NCBI GenBank assembly: GCA_045539595.1
Contig: JAZQFQ010000016.1
Coordinates: 26,973 to 90,972 of the forward strand
Length of the DNA: 64,000 bases
DNA from: Eubacteriales bacterium
Lineage (GTDB): Bacteria; Bacillota; Clostridia; Oscillospirales; CAG-272
Direction: 5' to 3'
The notes under the pieces were generated by a model. That model saw nothing but the letters and a program-made list of their open reading frames with translations, searched no databases and was not told the DNA's origin. Within the stretch, counting starts at the first letter, position 1, and each line of letters opens with the position of its first letter. The position numbers and the translations under genes were made by a program. Shown piece after piece: positions 60,610-64,000 of this stretch.

Positions 60610-60631
60610 TTTGACCACAATTTTGACCAGT
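60610..60631 (+). repeat. TTTGACCA direct-repeat pair (site 3)
   Basis: The 22-nt string TTTGACCACAATTTTGACCAGT is identical to 60390-60411. Confidence 0.85.
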
Positions 60632-60674
60632 GCATTTTTTGCCAAAAAGCTGCCCCAAAACCGCTCGAAAGGAA

Positions 60675-60694
60675 CAAGATGCCGCAGGTTCAAA
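60675..60694 (+). repeat. duplicated fragment of the tRNA-Pro 3' part (anticodon-stem/T-arm), att-like scar
   Basis: CAAGATGCCGCAGGTTC matches tRNA positions 60489-60505 exactly (17 nt) and continues at 19/20. A second T-loop-like CAGGTTCAAA lies at 60733-60742. Confidence 0.7.
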
Positions 60695-60786
60695 CTCGCA
60701 CAAACCCGAGCACAAAAAAGCCTCAAAAAGCACAGGTTCAAATAGAGGATCGAGTAAAATTTGCTTATTATTCACCCACAAAAAGC

Positions 60787-60824
60787 AATACCGGACGACT
60801 TGTCATAGCCATCCGGTATTTTTT
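60787..60824. terminator. bidirectional hairpin terminator downstream of the Fic gene
   Basis: A 9-bp stem (AATACCGGA / TCCGGTATT) with T-runs on both strands. Confidence 0.55.
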
Positions 60825-61710
60825 AATCCTGTAGCATACTCAGATACTGATCCAATCTCGCATTCACATATCCCGCGAACAGCTTTTCCATAGGTGCGAG
60901 GTTTCCCTTGACGTAATAAGCATCAAAGGCATCGTAATAGGCCTTACGATCGGTGAACTTGATGTCGATAGGTGGATAACCCGCCTTCATCAATTCCAGA
61001 TTGACCAAGAGTCTACCGGTTCTACCGTTTCCGTCGATAAAGGGGTGGATCCCCTCAAACTCAATGTGGAACCGAGCCAGCTTGGTTACGATATGCTCTG
61101 TGCTCTCTGCATAGCGAATCATCAGTTGCTCCATACTGGGCTGTATCATATAAGGCTGCACCGGTTCGTGTTGGGCGCCCATAATACGAACGGGCACGCG
61201 ACGGTAAACACCGCGATCCTCTCGCTGATCCGCTAACACAAGGAAATGGATTTGCTGTATTACTCGCTCCGACAAAGGCGCTTTCTCCTGCACAAGCTCA
61301 CGCACAAAGTCAAAGGCTTCTTTGTGTCCGACAACTTCCATGTGCTCCTTCAGGGGCTTCTGATCAATAGTCAAACCACGCAGGACCATATCGGTCTCCC
61401 TAAGCGTTAGAGTGTTCCCTTCGATAGCATTGGAGTTGTAGGTATATTCAATGGCAAAATCTTCGTTTAGTCGTTTAACCTCACCTTCGGTCAGCGGACG
61501 GCGAGAATCCAATTCTTTTTTCTTTTGGTCAATGATCTCCAAAAGCGACGCGGATGTCTTATAACGTCCATCTGACGGCTTTGCGGCATTTTCGGGAATC
61601 TTCCACCCACGGCCTTGCTGAAACGCACCGGGGATCTTCCCCTCGCTACACAAAAATCTTACGCGGCGATCGGAGATACCCCACTTGGCAGCCGCCTCTT
61701 TTACAGTCAT
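60823..61710 (-). CDS. Fic-family protein with N-terminal HTH (class II, auto-inhibited AMPylase type)
   Basis: Fic motif HPFIDGNGRTGR, upstream inhibitory motif SNAIEG ([ST]xxxE[GN]) and an N-terminal MerR/excisionase-like HTH (TVKEAAAKWGISDRRVRFLC). The start is ATG 61710 or GTG 61716, downstream of AAGGAG. Confidence 0.85.
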   Translation of the reverse strand: MTVKEAAAKWGISDRRVRFLCSEGKIPGAFQQGRGWKIPENAAKPSDGRYKTSASLLEIIDQKKKELDSRRPLTEGEVKRLNEDFAIEYTYNSNAIEGNTLTLRETDMVLRGLTIDQKPLKEHMEVVGHKEAFDFVRELVQEKAPLSERVIQQIHFLVLADQREDRGVYRRVPVRIMGAQHEPVQPYMIQPSMEQLMIRYAESTEHIVTKLARFHIEFEGIHPFIDGNGRTGRLLVNLELMKAGYPPIDIKFTDRKAYYDAFDAYYVKGNLAPMEKLFAGYVNARLDQYLSMLQD

Positions 61711-61740
61711 AAACACACAAATCAACTCCTTCCGAAACAT

Positions 61741-61769
61741 ATTATACCATATTATCGGAATAATATCAA
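61741..61769 (-). promoter_or_regulatory. promoter of the Fic gene
   Basis: On the minus strand: TTGATA (61769-61764), a 17-nt spacer, then TATAAT (61746-61741). Confidence 0.6.
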
Positions 61770-61808
61770 GTGTATCGGAATAATATTTTGTGTGTTTCGG
61801 AATAATGT
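61753..61808. repeat. three direct repeats T(A/T)TCGGAATAAT(A/G)T across and upstream of the Fic promoter (candidate operator)
   Basis: TATCGGAATAATAT occurs at 61753-61766 and 61773-61786, and TTTCGGAATAATGT at 61795-61808. The spacings are 20 and 22 nt. Confidence 0.7.
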
Positions 61809-61838
61809 CGCAATTTAATTGTCTTATAGCCGCATTGA

Positions 61839-62123
61839 CTATATGTCTTCAACCGCTTCAAGCCCGTCCATTACTTCGACCATAATTCGTGTCGCAAGAA
61901 AGAACCCCGAGACAAACGCTTCTCGCTCTGCAATGCTGCTCAACTCGCTCTGACAGTCTTTAAACTTTTCAAAGACTTCTTTCTGCTTCTCTGTAAGAGT
62001 AGAGGCGAGCTCCTCCTCGTTCCTGCAGATCAGCTTCACAAGCTTGTCCATCCGCGATCCGCGTTTGATAAATCTCTCGTTTGGATTGATGTTCCCGTAA
62101 TATAAATGTTCAAGCGTCGTCAT
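61839..62123 (-). CDS. small hypothetical protein (94 aa; resembles small DUF6809-type proteins of clostridial mobile elements)
   Basis: The N-terminus MTTLEHLYYGNINPNE is followed by a helical remainder. ATG 62123 overlaps the stop of the upstream 42-codon ORF (ATGA). The family call is from memory. Confidence 0.5.
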   Translation of the reverse strand: MTTLEHLYYGNINPNERFIKRGSRMDKLVKLICRNEEELASTLTEKQKEVFEKFKDCQSELSSIAEREAFVSGFFLATRIMVEVMDGLEAVEDI

Positions 62124-62248
62124 TTCTGCACCTCCGTCTCTATACATTCCGATCCTTCTTTCTCGATAATGAGAGAGCGGCTCCGCCTCGGGAAATCCCG
62201 ATTCAGAACCGCTCCGTTTTGATTATTTACTTGTCTTTTCCGTGTCAT
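62120..62248 (-). CDS. 42-codon ORF (MTRKRQVNNQNGAVLNRDFPRRSRSLIIEKEGSECIETEVQK), translationally coupled to the next gene
   Basis: It is below the ORF-track cutoff. AAGGAGG lies 7 nt upstream of ATG 62248. Its TGA overlaps the downstream ATG. Confidence 0.35.
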   Translation of the reverse strand: MTRKRQVNNQNGAVLNRDFPRRSRSLIIEKEGSECIETEVQK

Positions 62249-62321
62249 ATGCACTACCTCCTTCTTTGGTAGCACACACAATATCACAGAAGCGGACGGA
62301 AGTCCAGAGAGAATAAAGAAA

Positions 62322-62867
62322 TTAATTCTTATGTTTCACATACAAAAAGAATGTCCTTTTGGTAATTAATAAAATTAACATAATTACTATTAAAGAAAGC
62401 GCTAAGATTGCAATAGTGAGAATTTGTAAAACGATAGTATTACTTGCTTGAGTAAGAAAAATTGATATAATTGCTGCAACTAAAGACAAAAGTGTAGATG
62501 AAACAATCGATACAAAAGTCTCTTCCGCTACTTGTTTTTCCACTATATTTTTGCTATCGATTTTGCTTATCATAATAGCTGCAAATCCAAATAATACCGT
62601 AAACACGATTGCAAAAACTGTCGTTAACAATGTAGCCAAATCATTATCAATAGTAAAATTTAATTTACACACAAGAATAGCTGCAACTATTAGCGGAAAC
62701 ACAAGAAAACAAGCTAAATCCCATAGCGATATTTTCTTTGTTTTGTCATTTTTGAAAACCAGCAGTTGCTCCTTGATTAGTGCCAACAGGCGCACCTTTC
62801 TGTTAAAAAGCAACATAATTAACAATATGGAAACGATAGCTGAAACCCATAAATACTTTTCATCCAT
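62322..62867 (-). CDS. small 5-TM membrane protein of unknown function (gene 2 of the AT-rich cassette)
   Basis: 181 aa from ATG 62867, with GGAGGAA 9 nt upstream. There are five long hydrophobic segments and a basic C-terminus. The ORF-track start 62885 is a TTG. Confidence 0.7.
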   Translation of the reverse strand: MDEKYLWVSAIVSILLIMLLFNRKVRLLALIKEQLLVFKNDKTKKISLWDLACFLVFPLIVAAILVCKLNFTIDNDLATLLTTVFAIVFTVLFGFAAIMISKIDSKNIVEKQVAEETFVSIVSSTLLSLVAAIISIFLTQASNTIVLQILTIAILALSLIVIMLILLITKRTFFLYVKHKN

Positions 62868-63828
62868 CCGTATCTTCCTCCACAACTATTTCATCGTAAT
62901 ATCTATCAGTAAGTTCAGACAGTGCTTTAATAAAATCACCATAAGCATTGAATTTTTTATGCAGATCATATGTAATATCATAATTTCCGAACAAAGAATC
63001 GAAATCGCCTAAAGCCACTTTATGGTGTCTTTTTCCTATTCGCAGAACAATTTCTGCATCATTATATGATTCAGAATTTGGGCAAAGTTGTTTGATTCGG
63101 GCAAATGCAACATCTTTGGTTGTTTTTCCAAGCTTTAGTTCGTGAATAATTCTTTTTATAGCGCTGTTTTCTGGGGATTCAAGATTAAATCCTAACTCTT
63201 GGATAACTTCAACTTTTCTTTTCTTATGTATATTCTCTGCAACATCCGAAGATTTATTTTCACGTATATATTGAAGTTGAATTTTTGACGGTTGAATACC
63301 ATCATCTTTTTTATCAACGAGAGGCAAGTACAATTGCATATCCATTCTCATGCCTTTTTCGCGCAACATTGCATTTGCAATCTCCATAAAAATACTTTTA
63401 CAGCCAGAACCGCTTTGACGATGGAAAATCGCTATCGATGAATCCTTGTTTTGATACATGAAAATATTATGTTCGTATAATGCTGCACTATCAGAACCGA
63501 AATCGTATCTCCTGCCCGTGCTCGTTTTTATAATACGAAAAGGCTTCCCTTGTTTTCCAGCATACGGAACAATTCTCCATTTCTTGATTTCGTCTGTGCC
63601 TTCACGTTCAAATATATTTTCCTTGGGCAGTATTATTGCTCGTTCTGTGACTTTACCAACAACCAAAGTTTCTGTAAAGGTGCAAAAGTCCGTAATAAAG
63701 TTTTCAAAAGTATATTCAGGAGAACTTCCTGCTTTAATGATATCTTTTAGTGTATCCTTTAGTGGATTGTTTCTCTGTAAATATTCAAAGGTGCATTTAT
63801 ACGCCGTGAGGGTTTCAACTTTTGCCAT
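62860..63828 (-). CDS. 322-aa soluble protein of unknown function (gene 1 of the AT-rich cassette)
   Basis: AGGAGA lies 7 nt upstream of ATG 63828. The frame is uninterrupted in a ~1/3 G+C segment, where random ORFs would be short. The stop overlaps the gene 2 start (ATGGATGA). No motif is recognised. Confidence 0.7.
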   Translation of the reverse strand: MAKVETLTAYKCTFEYLQRNNPLKDTLKDIIKAGSSPEYTFENFITDFCTFTETLVVGKVTERAIILPKENIFEREGTDEIKKWRIVPYAGKQGKPFRIIKTSTGRRYDFGSDSAALYEHNIFMYQNKDSSIAIFHRQSGSGCKSIFMEIANAMLREKGMRMDMQLYLPLVDKKDDGIQPSKIQLQYIRENKSSDVAENIHKKRKVEVIQELGFNLESPENSAIKRIIHELKLGKTTKDVAFARIKQLCPNSESYNDAEIVLRIGKRHHKVALGDFDSLFGNYDITYDLHKKFNAYGDFIKALSELTDRYYDEIVVEEDTDG

Positions 63829-63947
63829 TTAATTATCTCCTATCATTTAAATGTCCTTTACACTTTATTTTAAACCTGATTTATACATCAATTCCTCAAT
63901 AATAACTCTATACTTCAATATGTGCGGTTTGATGTCGCCTTGTGTAC

Positions 63948-63956
63948 AATTATACC
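63948..63956 (-). promoter_or_regulatory. extended -10 promoter element of the AT-rich cassette
   Basis: On the minus strand TGgTATAAT, ~110 nt upstream of ATG 63828. The -35 is poor. Confidence 0.45.
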
Positions 63957-64000
63957 ATATTTTATGTGCAGAGTAATTGCCTAAATCCTTGAATAACGCC

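Larger units (their letters stand above)
60640..64000. mobile_element. putative tRNA-Pro-linked genomic island (left boundary region; runs past the window end)
   Basis: The tRNA 3'-fragment repeat lies downstream of the tRNA. Gene content switches to accessory genes (Fic, orphan ORFs). There is a sharp drop in G+C from ~62300. No integrase is present within the window. Confidence 0.45.

Noticed and set aside
60225-60631. TTTGACC repeats as CtsR operators (reverse complement of GGTCAAA) or as a CRISPR-like array
   Set aside because: The CtsR operator is a heptad direct repeat with a 10-nt period (GGTCAAA-NAN-GGTCAAA). Here the period is 12 nt, and no clp or heat-shock gene is downstream. The repeats are too short and irregularly spaced for CRISPR, and there are no cas genes.
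60425-60781. ORFs of 118 aa (minus) and 87 aa (plus) overlapping tRNA-Pro and its terminator
   Set aside because: They run through a well-folded tRNA gene and a strong terminator, so they are most likely non-coding.
62322-63828. Calling the cassette a Kiwa (KwaA/KwaB) system because it pairs a small multi-TM protein with a ~320-aa soluble protein
   Set aside because: The gene order is inverted relative to Kiwa (membrane gene first). I can see no sequence resemblance to KwaB as I recall it. Without a profile search the name would be unsupported.

Overview
The window looks like a chromosomal segment of a Gram-positive anaerobe, probably a spore-forming member of the Clostridia. This is inferred from GGAGG-type ribosome-binding sites, a PdaA-type deacetylase, the ecfA1-ecfA2-ecfT-truA order, and an electron-bifurcating [FeFe] hydrogenase. 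About 60 kb is densely packed core genome. It holds Leloir-type genes (galM, galE, a sugar-1-P nucleotidyltransferase), a Crp/Fnr regulator with a NitT/TauT-type ABC importer, pepD, ispD-ispF, rpe and mreB. It also holds a GldA/F/G-like ABC set, two ABC exporters, htpG, a phosphoglucomutase, proC, two NodB deacetylases and argG-argH. A sugar-utilisation trio follows (GH127-like hydrolase, AraC regulator, Gfo/Idh/MocA oxidoreductase), then a 10-gene hydrogenase operon. In that operon the HydABC-type genes are interrupted by a sensory-hydrogenase/GHKL/DRTGG/PHP block. After it come an Mrp/NBP35 ATPase, a P-type ATPase homologue that has lost all catalytic motifs, a ClpC-like unfoldase with a zinc-ribbon N-terminus, cvpA, the ECF module, an rRNA-methyltransferase-like gene and ruvC. 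The last ~4 kb is different. A tRNA-Pro(UGG) gene sits among decayed tRNA fragments and reiterated TTTGACCA motifs. Beyond it lies an apparent genomic island with an HTH-Fic gene, two small ORFs and a very AT-rich two-gene cassette. That cassette (62322-63828) encodes a 322-aa soluble protein and a 5-TM protein, is translationally coupled, and shows no family I can recognise. It is my best candidate for an undescribed (defence-like) system. All calls rest on reading the sequence and ORF translations only; no database search was possible.
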